DNA of 23,803 nt from IMG/VR virus record IMGVR_UViG_2563366943_000008, positions 1 to 23,803 of that record; one strand, given 5' to 3'. The translations under genes were made by a program, and so were the position numbers. This document shows, piece by piece, positions 1 to 8,581 of this stretch (position 1 is the stretch's first letter; every line of letters begins with the position of its first letter). The notes under the pieces are model-generated. The model was not told where the DNA came from. It made no database searches and was given only the letters and a program-made list of their open reading frames with translations. This DNA is from a virus. Its lineage: Duplodnaviria; Heunggongvirae; Uroviricota; Caudoviricetes.

Positions 1-1254
1 ATGCTGGAACAAATGGGCATTGCCGCGAAGCAAGCCTCTTATAAATTAGCGCAACTCTCCAGCCGCGAAAAAAATCGTGTGCTGGAAAAAATCGCCGATG
101 AACTGGAAGCACAAAGCGAAATCATCCTCAACGCTAACGCCCAGGATGTTGCTGACGCGCGTGCCAATGGCCTTAGCGAAGCGATGCTTGACCGTCTGGC
201 ACTGACGCCCGCACGGCTGAAAGGCATTGCCGACGATGTGCGCCAGGTGTGCAATCTCGCCGATCCGGTGGGGCGGGTAATCGATGGCGGCGTACTGGAC
301 AGTGGCCTGCGTCTGGAGCGTCGTCGCGTACCGCTGGGGGTTATTGGCGTGATTTATGAAGCGCGCCCGAACGTGACGGTTGATGTCGCTTCGCTGTGCC
401 TGAAAACAGGTAACGCAGTGATCCTGCGCGGCGGCAAAGAAACCTGTCGCACTAACGCTGCAACGGTAGCGGTGATTCAGGACGCCCTGAAATCCTGCGA
501 TTTACCGGCAGGCGCAGTACAGGCGATTGATAATCCTGACCGCGCGCTGGTCAGTGAAATGCTGCGTATGGATAAATACATCGACATGCTGATCCCGCGC
601 GGCGGGGCTGGTTTGCATAAACTGTGCCGCGAACAGTCGACAATCCCGGTGATCACTGGTGGTATAGGCGTATGCCATATTTACGTTGATGAAAGCGCAG
701 AGATCGCTGAAGCATTAAAAGTGATCGTCAACGCGAAAACTCAGCGACCGAGCACATGTAATACGGTAGAAACCTTGCTGGTAAATAAAAACATCGCCGA
801 TAGCTTCCTGTCCGCATTAAGCAAGCAAATGGCGGAAAGCGGCGTGACGTTACACGCAGATGCTGCTGCGCTGGCGCAGTTGCAGACAGGCCCCGCGAAG
901 GTGGTGGCGGTTAAAGCCGAAGAGTATGACGATGAGTTTCTGTCATTAGATTTGAACGTCAAAATCGTCAGCGATCTTGACGATGCCATCGCCCATATTC
1001 GTGAACACGGCACGCAACACTCCGATGCGATCCTGACCCGCGATATGCGCAACGCCCAGCGTTTTGTTAACGAAGTGGATTCGTCCGCTGTTTACGTTAA
1101 CGCCTCTACGCGTTTTACCGACGGCGGCCAGTTTGGTCTGGGAGCGGAAGTGGCGGTAAGCACACAAAAACTCCACGCGCGTGGCCCGATGGGCCTGGAA
1201 GCACTGACCACTTACAAGTGGATCGGCATCGGTGATTACACCATTCGTGCGTAA
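1..1254 (+). CDS. proA: gamma-glutamyl phosphate reductase (glutamate-5-semialdehyde dehydrogenase), complete 417 aa
   Basis: Full-length ORF from ATG at 1 to TAA at 1252-1254. Translation matches enterobacterial ProA from memory along its whole length, with a few substitutions relative to the K-12 sequence as I recall it. High-GC core-genome codon usage. Confidence 0.95.
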   Translation: MLEQMGIAAKQASYKLAQLSSREKNRVLEKIADELEAQSEIILNANAQDVADARANGLSEAMLDRLALTPARLKGIADDVRQVCNLADPVGRVIDGGVLDSGLRLERRRVPLGVIGVIYEARPNVTVDVASLCLKTGNAVILRGGKETCRTNAATVAVIQDALKSCDLPAGAVQAIDNPDRALVSEMLRMDKYIDMLIPRGGAGLHKLCREQSTIPVITGGIGVCHIYVDESAEIAEALKVIVNAKTQRPSTCNTVETLLVNKNIADSFLSALSKQMAESGVTLHADAAALAQLQTGPAKVVAVKAEEYDDEFLSLDLNVKIVSDLDDAIAHIREHGTQHSDAILTRDMRNAQRFVNEVDSSAVYVNASTRFTDGGQFGLGAEVAVSTQKLHARGPMGLEALTTYKWIGIGDYTIRA

Positions 1255-1368
1255 ATAAAACCGGGTGATGCAAAAGTAGCCATTTGATTCACAAGGCCAT
1301 TGACGCATCGCCCGGTTAGTTTTAACCTTGTCCACCGTGATTCACGTTCGTGAACATGTCCTTTCAGG

Positions 1369-1444
1369 GCCGATATAGCTCAGTTGGTAGAGCAGCGCAT
1401 TCGTAATGCGAAGGTCGTAGGTTCGACTCCTATTATCGGCACCA
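1369..1444 (+). tRNA. thrW: tRNA-Thr (anticodon CGU), 76 nt with encoded CCA
   Basis: Sequence GCCGATATAGCTCAGTTGGTAGAGCAGCGCATTCGTAATGCGAAGGTCGTAGGTTCGACTCCTATTATCGGCACCA folds as a cloverleaf: 7-bp acceptor stem GCCGATA/TATCGGC, D-arm AGCTCAGTTGGTAGAGC, anticodon loop with CGT, T-arm GGTTCGACTCC. Position immediately downstream of proA matches the known thrW locus. Confidence 0.93.
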
Positions 1445-1461
1445 TTCAAACATCTCCCCAA

Positions 1462-1608
1462 GTCTACTAAAGTCTTTCAAAACCCCTTATAATCCGCGTA
1501 TTAAAGCCCCGTTCGTCTTTTGACGTCTACTAAAGTCCCTCAAAATCTACGGTCAGATGGGGGTACTTATGGGGGTATTTGCTGTTCGGTTTAGTGGAGG
1601 TACCCCCA
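1462..1608. promoter_or_regulatory. integrase-proximal repeat cluster (candidate arm-type / operator sites)
   Basis: Two 23-bp direct repeats GTCTACTAAAGTC(T/C)(T/C)TCAAAA at 1462-1484 and 1525-1547 (3 mismatches). TGGGGGTA(C/T) occurs at 1558-1566 and 1570-1578, with an inverted copy GGTACCCCCA at 1599-1608 that overlaps the GGAGG Shine-Dalgarno (1596-1600) of the integrase gene. Confidence 0.45.
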
Positions 1609-1609
1609 A

Positions 1610-2824
1610 GTGAAACTCAATGCCCGTCAAATAGACACAGCCAAGCCAAAAGAGAAGGCTTACAAGCTGGCCGATGGTGGCGGTTTGTATCTCTTGGTAA
1701 AACCTAATGGAGGTAAATACTGGCGACTTAAATATCGTGTAGCTGGTAAAGAGAAGCTATTGGCACTAGGTGTTTATCCTGAGGTTACTCTAGCCGATGC
1801 TCGGGCAAAACGTGAAGATGCGAAAAGAGGTATCGCTGGTGGTATCGATCCGATGGAAGCGAAACGAGAGGAAAAGATTGCCCGGGAAACGCAGTTAAAC
1901 AACACCTTCAAAGATATTGCCCTTGAGTGGCACAGCAGCAAATTAAAAAAATGGTCTGCTGGTTATGCTTCAGACATCCTCGAAGCCTTCAACAAAGATG
2001 TGTTCCCTTACATTGGCAAAAAAACCATCGCCGAAATCAAACCACTTGAACTTCTGAATGTGCTGCGTCGCATCGAGGGGCGCGGTGCTACAGAAAAAGC
2101 CAAAAAAGTGAGGCAACGGTGCGGGGAAGTTTTCCGCTATGCAATAGTCACTGGTCGCGCAGAGTATAACCCTGCACCAGACCTTACTAGCGCGATGCAA
2201 GGCCATGAATCTAATCATTACCCTTTCCTTACAGCCAAAGAATTACCTGATTTTTTCAAGGCATTGTCCAGTTACTCAGGAAGCGCATTGGTTGTTATGG
2301 CGGCTCGTCTACTGATTATCACCGGCTTGCGGACTGGCGAACTACGTGGCGCATTATGGGATGAAATTGATTTCAACAAGGCTATCTGGGAGATACCCGC
2401 TTCACGTATGAAAATGCGGCGGCCTCATATTGTGCCATTGTCTGAGCAGGCTCTTTCGCTTATTGGGAAGATTAGAGAAATAACAGGCAATTACCCTCTT
2501 ATGTTTCCCGGGCGCAATGATCCAAGGAAAACAATGAGCGAGGCCAGCATAAACCAAGTGTTTAAGCGCATTGGCTACGCTGGACGTGTAACTGGTCATG
2601 GGTTCCGGCACACTATGAGTACGATTTTGCATGAGCAGGGCTATAACACTGCGTGGATAGAAACGCAGCTCGCTCACGTTGATAAGAACTCAATTCGTGG
2701 CACATACAACCATGCGCAATATCTGGATGGAAGGCGGGAGATGCTTCAATGGTATGCCGACTATATGGATTCTCTCGAGCATGGCGGAAATGTGGTGCAT
2801 ATGGTGTTTGAAAAACACGCATGA
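1610..2824 (+). CDS. int: tyrosine integrase, P4/IntA-type (site-specific recombinase), 404 aa
   Basis: GTG start at 1610 with GGAGG 10 nt upstream. N-terminal region typical of P4-family integrases (KLADGGGLYLLVKPNGGKYWRLKYR), C-terminal catalytic domain with HGFRHT and HxxR/Y context. Position directly 3' of a tRNA gene is the classic island arrangement. Confidence 0.9.
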   Translation: MKLNARQIDTAKPKEKAYKLADGGGLYLLVKPNGGKYWRLKYRVAGKEKLLALGVYPEVTLADARAKREDAKRGIAGGIDPMEAKREEKIARETQLNNTFKDIALEWHSSKLKKWSAGYASDILEAFNKDVFPYIGKKTIAEIKPLELLNVLRRIEGRGATEKAKKVRQRCGEVFRYAIVTGRAEYNPAPDLTSAMQGHESNHYPFLTAKELPDFFKALSSYSGSALVVMAARLLIITGLRTGELRGALWDEIDFNKAIWEIPASRMKMRRPHIVPLSEQALSLIGKIREITGNYPLMFPGRNDPRKTMSEASINQVFKRIGYAGRVTGHGFRHTMSTILHEQGYNTAWIETQLAHVDKNSIRGTYNHAQYLDGRREMLQWYADYMDSLEHGGNVVHMVFEKHA

Positions 2825-2919
2825 AACAACTGGACAAGTATACAGAGGTTTACTAAAGTATAAGGGAGTAGATTGATAAAAACTCACAGAGGATTGCTAT
2901 TTAACAGTTAGCCATGGAG

Positions 2920-3220
2920 AAGGGCAATCGCTCTTTTAACAACGAAGATGGAATCTTCTACGCAGCTGAAAAGCTGGATGCTCTTTAACAGCCTTTGGTG
3001 CTTTTCTGATGCAGGAAAGAATAGGGATACATGCACCTTTACAATGCATGTAATGATTCATCCATGAGGCTGCGGAGCGCTGACAAAGCGCAATTGCTCT
3101 TTAACATTGATGTGGGCGGGATGGTTCGTCCCGCAGTGACCGATAGATTTCTATCGGGAAACATACAATGATTCAAATATGAATCTACGGCGCTGACAAA
3201 GCGCAATTGCTCTCTTGCCT
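2920..3220. repeat. intergenic repeat/palindrome cluster
   Basis: Perfect 24-bp direct repeat GCGCTGACAAAGCGCAATTGCTCT at 3077-3100 and 3190-3213. Related CTCTTTAACA motifs at about 2929-2948 and 2980-2993. Perfect palindrome CGATAGATTTCTATCG at 3141-3156. Small hairpin GCGGGA-N7-TCCCGC at about 3115-3135. Confidence 0.6.
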
Positions 3221-3542
3221 GCCCACCATGCCCTGAAAAAGGGCGTTCTTTAAAACTACTGGATGTCACGCCTAATAGCGTGATCCTGCCGAAATGCAGG
3301 GTAGCTCTACCCTTGTGGAGCAAACAAACCAAAACAATCTGACTATCTTTTATAAAAGACCGCAATATGTTTTTCATATTGTGGTCTTTGGCGTATTCGA
3401 CATTTGACGCAAATAAAACTCTCGCCATTCGTTGCAGGAGGGGGTTATTGCGTCATTAGTACAGGATATTAATAAATGGCTAATTACAATTCATTAATTC
3501 GTCTCTCTGAAGTTCAAAGGCGAACTGGGTAATGACTCCAAC

Positions 3543-4046
3543 TTATTGATAGTGTTTTATGTTCAGATAATGCCCGATGACTTTGTCATGCAGCTCCACC
3601 GATTTTGAGAACGACAGCGACTTCCGTCCCAGCCGTGCCAGGTGCTGCCTCAGATTCAGGTTATGCCGCTCAATTCGCTGCGTATATCGCTTGCTGATTA
3701 CGTGCAGCTTTCCCTTCAGGCGGGATTCATACAGCGGCCAGCCATCCGTCATCCATATCACCACGTCAAAGGGTGACAGCAGGCTCATAAGACGCCCCAG
3801 CGTCGCCATAGTGCGTTCACCGAATACGTGCGCAACAACCGTCTTCCGGAGCCTGTCATACGCGTAAAACAGCCAGCGCTGGCGCGATTTAGCCCCGACA
3901 TAGCCCCACTGTTCGTCCATTTCCGCGCAGACGATGACGTCACTGCCCGGCTGTATGCGCGAGGTTACCGACTGCGGCCTGAGTTTTTTAAGTGACGTAA
4001 AATCGTGTTGAGGCCAACGCCCATAATGCGGGCTGTTGCCCGGCAT
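3543..4046 (-). CDS. insB: IS1 InsB reading frame (expressed as the InsAB' transposase by -1 frameshift)
   Basis: 167-aa ORF overlapping the 3' end of insA in the -1 frame; sequence matches IS1 InsB. Confidence 0.85.
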
Positions 4047-4240
4047 CCAACGCCATTCATGGCCATATCAATGATTTTCTGGTGCGTACCGGGTTGAGAA
4101 GCGGTGTAAGTGAACTGCAGTTGCCATGTTTTACGGCAGTGAGAGCAGAGATAGCGCTGATGTCCGGCGGTGCTTTTGCCGTTACGCACCACCCCGTCAG
4201 TAGCTGAACAGGAGGGACAGCTGATAGAAACAGAAGCCAC
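3965..4240 (-). CDS. insA: IS1 InsA (transposition repressor / N-terminal part of transposase)
   Basis: 91-aa [43 protein letters not shown], a zinc-finger plus HTH protein matching IS1 InsA. Confidence 0.9.
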
Positions 4241-4304
4241 TGGAGCACCTCAAAAACACCATCATACACTAAATCAGTAAGTTGGCAGCATCACCGGGTG
4301 ATTA

Positions 4305-6410
4305 ATGGCTAAAGCATGGAAAGATGTTATCGCCTCTCCACAGTATCAGGCGTTAGCACCAGAACAAAAAGCGCAGGCTCAGGAGCAATACTTCAATGAA
4401 GTCGTGGCCCCGCAAGCCGGAGAAAGTGTAGCGCAGGCTAAGCAGGCTTTTTATGCTGCCTATCCACTACCATCAACGAATGAAATAGACCGATCCCAAT
4501 CAGCAACTCAAAATATTCAACATACATCATCTGATAATTCTCTTGCGTCAGGGTATGCAAAGTTAGCTACTCAGCAAAGAGAGGGGCTTGAGCGTTCAGC
4601 AGAACAGGGAGCCAGTCTTGGGGCTGCGATGCGCGATGCTATAACAGGCGAAAGCCGAATGACTCCAGAGATGGAGAGACTGCAAAATGTCGACCTTGCC
4701 CCAGAGTTAACCTCACTCAGCATGGGTGCTCTAAAAGCTCGATGGTCTCAACTTTTCGGCTCTGACGCATCTCAGGAAAAGATTCTTCAGAGCATGGGAG
4801 CGAAATTAAGGCAGGATGAGAAGGGTAACACTATCGTTTCCCTGCCATCCGGTGATTATGCTCTGAACAAGCCGGGTTTATCGCCGCAAGACGTGGCATC
4901 GTTTCTGGCTAATGCGCTGGCGTTTACACCAGCGGGCAGGGCTGGAACGGTGCTTGGTGCCATAGGAAAATCAGCAGCTACAGATTTAGCACTACAGGGA
5001 GCCACCAGCCTTGCTGGTGGAGAAGATATTGATCCGTTACAAACGGTAATTTCTGCTGGCATTGGTGGTATTGGTAAGGGGCTGGAAAATACAGCGAGTG
5101 CGGTTTCGAGGGCTGTTCGTGGTGATATGTCGCCTGAAGCAAAGGCTGCTGTCAACTTTGCATCGGAAAGAAATCTGCCGTTAATGACCAGTGACATGCT
5201 GAAAGATAAAACCTTTATGCAGAGTCAGGCTCAGACATTAGGCGAAAGAGTTCCTTTTTTTGGAACCGGTAAGAATCGGCTGAATCAACAACAAGCACGA
5301 GAAAATTTAGTCAGAACATTTAGCGATGGTCTGGGTGGCATTTCTGATAAACAGCTTTATGAATCTGCGACTAAAGGGCAACAAAAATTCATTGAGGCAG
5401 CAGGAAAGCGATATAACCGCATAATTGACGCTATGGGGGATACCCCTGTCGATCTCTCAAACACGGTAAAAGCTATCGACAATCAGATTGCCGTGTTAAG
5501 CCGCCCGGGCAAATCTCAGGATAGAGCCGCGGTAAAAGTCTTGCAGCAATTTAAAGACGATATCACCAGCGGACCAAATGACCTGCGTCTGGCGAGGGAA
5601 AACAGAACCGATCTTCGAAAGCGATTTATGGCGTCATCTGACACTGTTGATAAAGATACGCTCCAGAAAGCCAGCGATATTATCTACAAGGCATATACGG
5701 CGGATATGAAAAAAGCCGTAGCCAAAAATCTTGGAGCAGACGAAGCCATTAATATGGCAAGGGTTGATCGGTCATGGTCTAAATTCAATGACATGATGGG
5801 AAGAACGCGCGTTCAAAAGGCAATAGCCAGCGGTAAGGCCACGCCTGAGGATGTAACAAAACTCGTTTTTAGCCAAAGCCCATCAGAACGTTCTCAGCTT
5901 TACAGGCTTCTGGATGACAATGGTAGGCAAAACGCACGAGCAGCCATAGTTCAGAATGCTGTAGATAAGGCGACTGATCCGTCTGGAAATATCAGTGTTG
6001 AGAAGTTTATTAATGCGTTACACCGGAACAGGAAGCAATCAGCAACTTTCTTTAAAGGCGTACATGGAAAGGAACTGGACGGCGTTATTAAATACCTCAA
6101 CGATACAAGACACGCGGCAAAAGCGAACGTTCAAAACTTAAATGGTCAGCAGCTTTATGGATTGTTAGTTGGTGGTGGCATCATAAACGCAGCAGTATTA
6201 GCGGGGATGCTAAAAACGGCTGCGTTTGTTGTTCCTGCTGCTGGTGCCGTAGGCGGAGCAGCGAAGGCATACGAAAGCCCTGTTATACGAAATGCCTTGT
6301 TACGTCTGGCAAATACGCCAAAAGGTAGCACAGCATATGACAGAGCGATCAGTACGGTCACACAATCGCTCACCAGAGTCGCACAGGCATCACAAAAAGA
6401 AGCTCAATAA
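4305..6410 (+). CDS. large Ala/Gln/Lys-rich helical protein with C-terminal Gly/Ala-rich hydrophobic segment (function unknown; tape-measure-like or pore-forming-toxin-like)
   Basis: 701-aa ORF with consistent coding character. First ATG lies 9 bp after the IS1 end, preceded by an in-frame TGA and no Shine-Dalgarno, so the native N-terminus and promoter may be missing. About 37-residue hydrophobic stretch LYGLLVGGGIINAAVLAGMLKTAAFVVPAAGAVGGAA near the C-terminus. Confidence 0.5.
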   Translation: MAKAWKDVIASPQYQALAPEQKAQAQEQYFNEVVAPQAGESVAQAKQAFYAAYPLPSTNEIDRSQSATQNIQHTSSDNSLASGYAKLATQQREGLERSAEQGASLGAAMRDAITGESRMTPEMERLQNVDLAPELTSLSMGALKARWSQLFGSDASQEKILQSMGAKLRQDEKGNTIVSLPSGDYALNKPGLSPQDVASFLANALAFTPAGRAGTVLGAIGKSAATDLALQGATSLAGGEDIDPLQTVISAGIGGIGKGLENTASAVSRAVRGDMSPEAKAAVNFASERNLPLMTSDMLKDKTFMQSQAQTLGERVPFFGTGKNRLNQQQARENLVRTFSDGLGGISDKQLYESATKGQQKFIEAAGKRYNRIIDAMGDTPVDLSNTVKAIDNQIAVLSRPGKSQDRAAVKVLQQFKDDITSGPNDLRLARENRTDLRKRFMASSDTVDKDTLQKASDIIYKAYTADMKKAVAKNLGADEAINMARVDRSWSKFNDMMGRTRVQKAIASGKATPEDVTKLVFSQSPSERSQLYRLLDDNGRQNARAAIVQNAVDKATDPSGNISVEKFINALHRNRKQSATFFKGVHGKELDGVIKYLNDTRHAAKANVQNLNGQQLYGLLVGGGIINAAVLAGMLKTAAFVVPAAGAVGGAAKAYESPVIRNALLRLANTPKGSTAYDRAISTVTQSLTRVAQASQKEAQ

Positions 6411-6429
6411 CTGGTTAGCCATGGATGGC

Positions 6430-7044
6430 TTAGATATCTCTGCTGTCTCCATTAGGAAATAAAAGATAATATGGATTTGCCTTTCTTGCTCTCCTTGCTT
6501 CACCCGGATACCTGTTAGTCAGTAGCTTGCATAATGAGCAGAGAACAACACTCAAGAAAATTCCGAATGAGAAGATCAATATCTCACCAAAAATCAATGG
6601 CGATATTAAATTTTCAGGATTTAATGATAAGTCAATGTTAAAAACATATTGAGCAATACCAGTAAGTATCAATAATATAATCCCTATGGAATACATTGCT
6701 GTTTCCCAAACATCAGACAGTCTATTTTTGAATTGTTCGCTGGAGTAGTAGTTTGTTATAAAGTCAGAAAAATCACTCTCATATGCATCATCTTTAGGTG
6801 ATGTTAGAAATCCTCTGTCTCTCCATACCTTCTCCCAATTAGTCGATTCTTTTTTTAAGGAAAAATAAATATGTATTCCCAAAAGGATAGCCAAAATTGG
6901 TGTTAGCTCTAAAAAATAGAATGTTATGGAATAAATAATACTGCCATGTTCAAACTCATCTGGGACTATCATGTATGCACAAAAATAAATTGAAAAGTAC
7001 ACCATGCAGATAGTTAGCAATTCTTTAGTATCTTTTCTGCTCAC
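6430..7044 (-). CDS. integral membrane protein, 4 predicted TM helices (candidate immunity / abortive-infection membrane protein)
   Basis: 204-aa ORF with GTG start at 7044 and AAGGGGG Shine-Dalgarno upstream. Four long hydrophobic helices with a charged central loop. Very AT-rich compared with the adjacent 701-aa gene. Convergent with that gene, with a 19-bp gap containing a palindrome. Confidence 0.6.
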   Translation of the reverse strand: MSRKDTKELLTICMVYFSIYFCAYMIVPDEFEHGSIIYSITFYFLELTPILAILLGIHIYFSLKKESTNWEKVWRDRGFLTSPKDDAYESDFSDFITNYYSSEQFKNRLSDVWETAMYSIGIILLILTGIAQYVFNIDLSLNPENLISPLIFGEILIFSFGIFLSVVLCSLCKLLTNRYPGEARRARKANPYYLLFPNGDSRDI

Positions 7045-7498
7045 ACCAACCCCCTTTAGCGTTGTTTAGAATGGCAATCATCATATATCCAAGACATGGC
7101 ATTTGGTACATAGCTTGGGTCGGGATTTCAAGTCCGCTCCCAGTTGATGGGGCCGTTACAGTACGCGCATATCCGCTTTATGTGAAACAGGAAGATTTTT
7201 CTGATATCACTGCCACAGCAAAACACCAATTTCGTGACCAGTACGCGCGCGAGGGGTATCAGTTGCAAAATTTTTTGCAACTGCGTCCGACCAGTACGCA
7301 CACGATGGCGGGGGATACCATAAAACTGTTCTCTACATGAGACAGAGTGGTGGTGATGTGTTGATTATCGGCGTATATGCGCACAGGACGCGCTATGACG
7401 ATGTTTTATGCGGGTACACCAATCACATGTATCTGGTGTGATAAATCGCGTTACATGACCTCTCATGTTGTGCTGGTGGTTATCACGACTTTCTGAAT

Positions 7499-7542
7499 CT
7501 GGCCTTTGCCTGATATTTTGCGACAAGTACGCGCGCGTAGCA
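7499..7542. repeat. dispersed repeat with alternating CG core (copy A)
   Basis: CTGGCCTTTGCCTGATATTTTGCGACAAGTACGCGCGCGTAGCA. Partial relatives at 7231-7253 (TTTCGTGACCAGTACGCGCGCGAG) and 7283-7303 (CCGACCAGTACGCACACGA). Confidence 0.6.
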
Positions 7543-7565
7543 TCGACAGCATACACATTGGATAT

Positions 7566-7787
7566 TCATTTTGTGACCAATGCGATAAGTAGCGGGATAA
7601 GAATTGATAAAATCAACAGGCCGATGATCCACTTTTGATTTTCACTGGCCTTATCTCTATTTTCATCAATCTTATCAATAATTCGACGCTCCAATCCGTG
7701 CATATCACCGCGAATGGCAATCATCTCATTGCGAACATCAGGGAAGTGGTTGGCTTGATGTTCAATGTGTGGCGTTCTGCCTTTCAT
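7566..7787 (-). CDS. small protein with N-terminal coiled-coil and single C-terminal TM helix (XhlA/holin-like architecture)
   Basis: 73-aa ORF; C-terminal WIIGLLILSILIPLLIALV is a clear TM segment. Architecture resembles small prophage membrane proteins. Not verified by homology. Confidence 0.4.
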   Translation of the reverse strand: MKGRTPHIEHQANHFPDVRNEMIAIRGDMHGLERRIIDKIDENRDKASENQKWIIGLLILSILIPLLIALVTK

Positions 7788-7866
7788 ATCTGATCCTCAC
7801 CTATCGTCACTACCTGCTGGTGTATAAAGGTATTGGCCCAAGCAACTTTCCAATGGGCACTCATGT

Positions 7867-8322
7867 TTATACGCTGACCTTACAATCAATCACTGCTTTT
7901 AGCTTTTCAGCATTGCTTCCCTGACGCTTCCACGCGCTGTAAATATCTTTATCCCACGCTTTACCAGCTTTTGTTTGATAGCCTGCTTCATTGATCCGTT
8001 CAGCTATCACACGCCCATTATCAAATCCCTGTTGGATGGTATCGGCAATGATCTTTATAACTGCCGTTTCGTTATATGGTTTTGGTGGGATGTTCGGCTT
8101 TCCGGCAATAAGCGACGCAGCGGCTTTTTCCATGCGCTCCACCAGCCCAAGCATTCGTGAATCAATAGACTTTTCCGGCTGCCCCAGCTTCATGCGAATC
8201 GCATCAACAAGCCAGGAGGTTTTATCTCCTCCAGAAGCGAGAACAGACCGATTAAACTCATCCTGCAATTCAGATGGGATGCGGAACGCGACCAGATTAG
8301 ATTTGCTCATTGCAAAGACCAT
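7867..8322 (-). CDS. putative ribbon-helix-helix DNA-binding regulator with C-terminal extension
   Basis: 151-aa ORF. N-terminus NLVAFRIPSELQDEFNRSVLASGGDKTSWLVDAIRMKL fits a beta-strand / helix / helix RHH pattern. A palindromic operator-like sequence lies immediately upstream. An alternative start at 8310 (MSKSN) is possible. Confidence 0.5.
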   Translation of the reverse strand: MVFAMSKSNLVAFRIPSELQDEFNRSVLASGGDKTSWLVDAIRMKLGQPEKSIDSRMLGLVERMEKAAASLIAGKPNIPPKPYNETAVIKIIADTIQQGFDNGRVIAERINEAGYQTKAGKAWDKDIYSAWKRQGSNAEKLKAVIDCKVSV

Positions 8323-8339
8323 ATCAGTGAGTAATATCC

Positions 8340-8545
8340 ATACAGTATACCACTGTATAACACTGTTATACGCTCAAATATCAGCCAGAAAATAACGGAC
8401 CAATCACAAATCTATCGCTGTGTTGTTGGTTCAGAGCTGGGCTGTGTTGGTTCAAAATGAGTTGATGTTGGTTCAATATTTCAGAAAAAACACAATAAAA
8501 ACAACAATCTTTACAAATTGAACCAACTGAACCAACTGAACCAAC
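8340..8545. promoter_or_regulatory. divergent control region with phased iterons
   Basis: Palindrome GTATAAC-ACT-GTTATAC at 8355-8371. Three direct copies of TGTTGGTTCA at 8424, 8445 and 8467 (spacing 21-22 bp). AT-rich spacer. Three tandem inverted copies TGAACCAAC at 8519, 8528 and 8537. TATAAT at 8563-8568 just before the 8582 start. Confidence 0.55.
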
Positions 8546-8581
8546 ACCTTTTTGCTTATCTATATAATCTGAGAGGCAGAA

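Larger units (their letters stand above)
3528..4295 (-). mobile_element. IS1 insertion sequence (768 bp), complete
   Basis: Ends GGTAATGACTCCAACTTATTGATAGTG (3528 onward) and GGTGATGCTGCCAACTTACTGAT (reverse complement, ending 4295) match the IS1 terminal inverted repeats. Length is exactly 768 bp. Contains insA and insB in the canonical overlapping arrangement. Confidence 0.93.

Noticed and set aside
39-1335. ORFs on the minus strand and alternative frames overlapping proA (39-254, 741-1052, 946-1335)
   Set aside because: They lie antisense to or nested within a well-supported conserved gene and have no Shine-Dalgarno or independent support. They are typical GC-rich antisense ORF artefacts.
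1970-2887. Small ORFs overlapping the P4-type integrase gene on either strand (1970-2218, 2402-2677, 2613-2837, 2679-2876, 2690-2887)
   Set aside because: Nested in or antisense to the integrase coding region with no start-site support.
3039-3428. 129-aa minus-strand ORF in the int-IS1 intergenic region
   Set aside because: Spans the repeat and palindrome cluster, has no ribosome-binding site, and its translation is not protein-like. The region is more likely regulatory or non-coding.
3577-3867. 96-aa plus-strand ORF inside IS1
   Set aside because: Antisense to insB within a well-characterised IS; not a known IS1 product.
4856-6373. Antisense ORFs within the 701-aa gene (4856-5197, 6155-6373)
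   Set aside because: Alanine-codon-rich antisense artefacts of a GC-rich gene.
4305-6410. Confident naming of the 701-aa protein as a colicin or as a phage tape-measure protein
   Set aside because: Both are compatible with composition and hydrophobic-segment features, but neither can be established without homology or structure searches. Left as unknown with both hypotheses stated.
7062-7556. ORFs 7062-7340 (+) and 7365-7556 (-)
   Set aside because: They cover the dispersed CG-core repeat copies, lack ribosome-binding sites, and their translations are not protein-like. Treated as non-coding repeat DNA.
7975-8395. Plus-strand ORFs antisense to the RHH regulator gene
   Set aside because: Overlap a better-supported gene on the opposite strand and have no translation signals.
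8400-8560. Possibility that the TGTTGGTTCA repeats are a CRISPR array
   Set aside because: Repeats are only 9-10 bp, occur in both orientations and have no unique spacers of regular length; there are no cas genes. They are iterons or operator sites.
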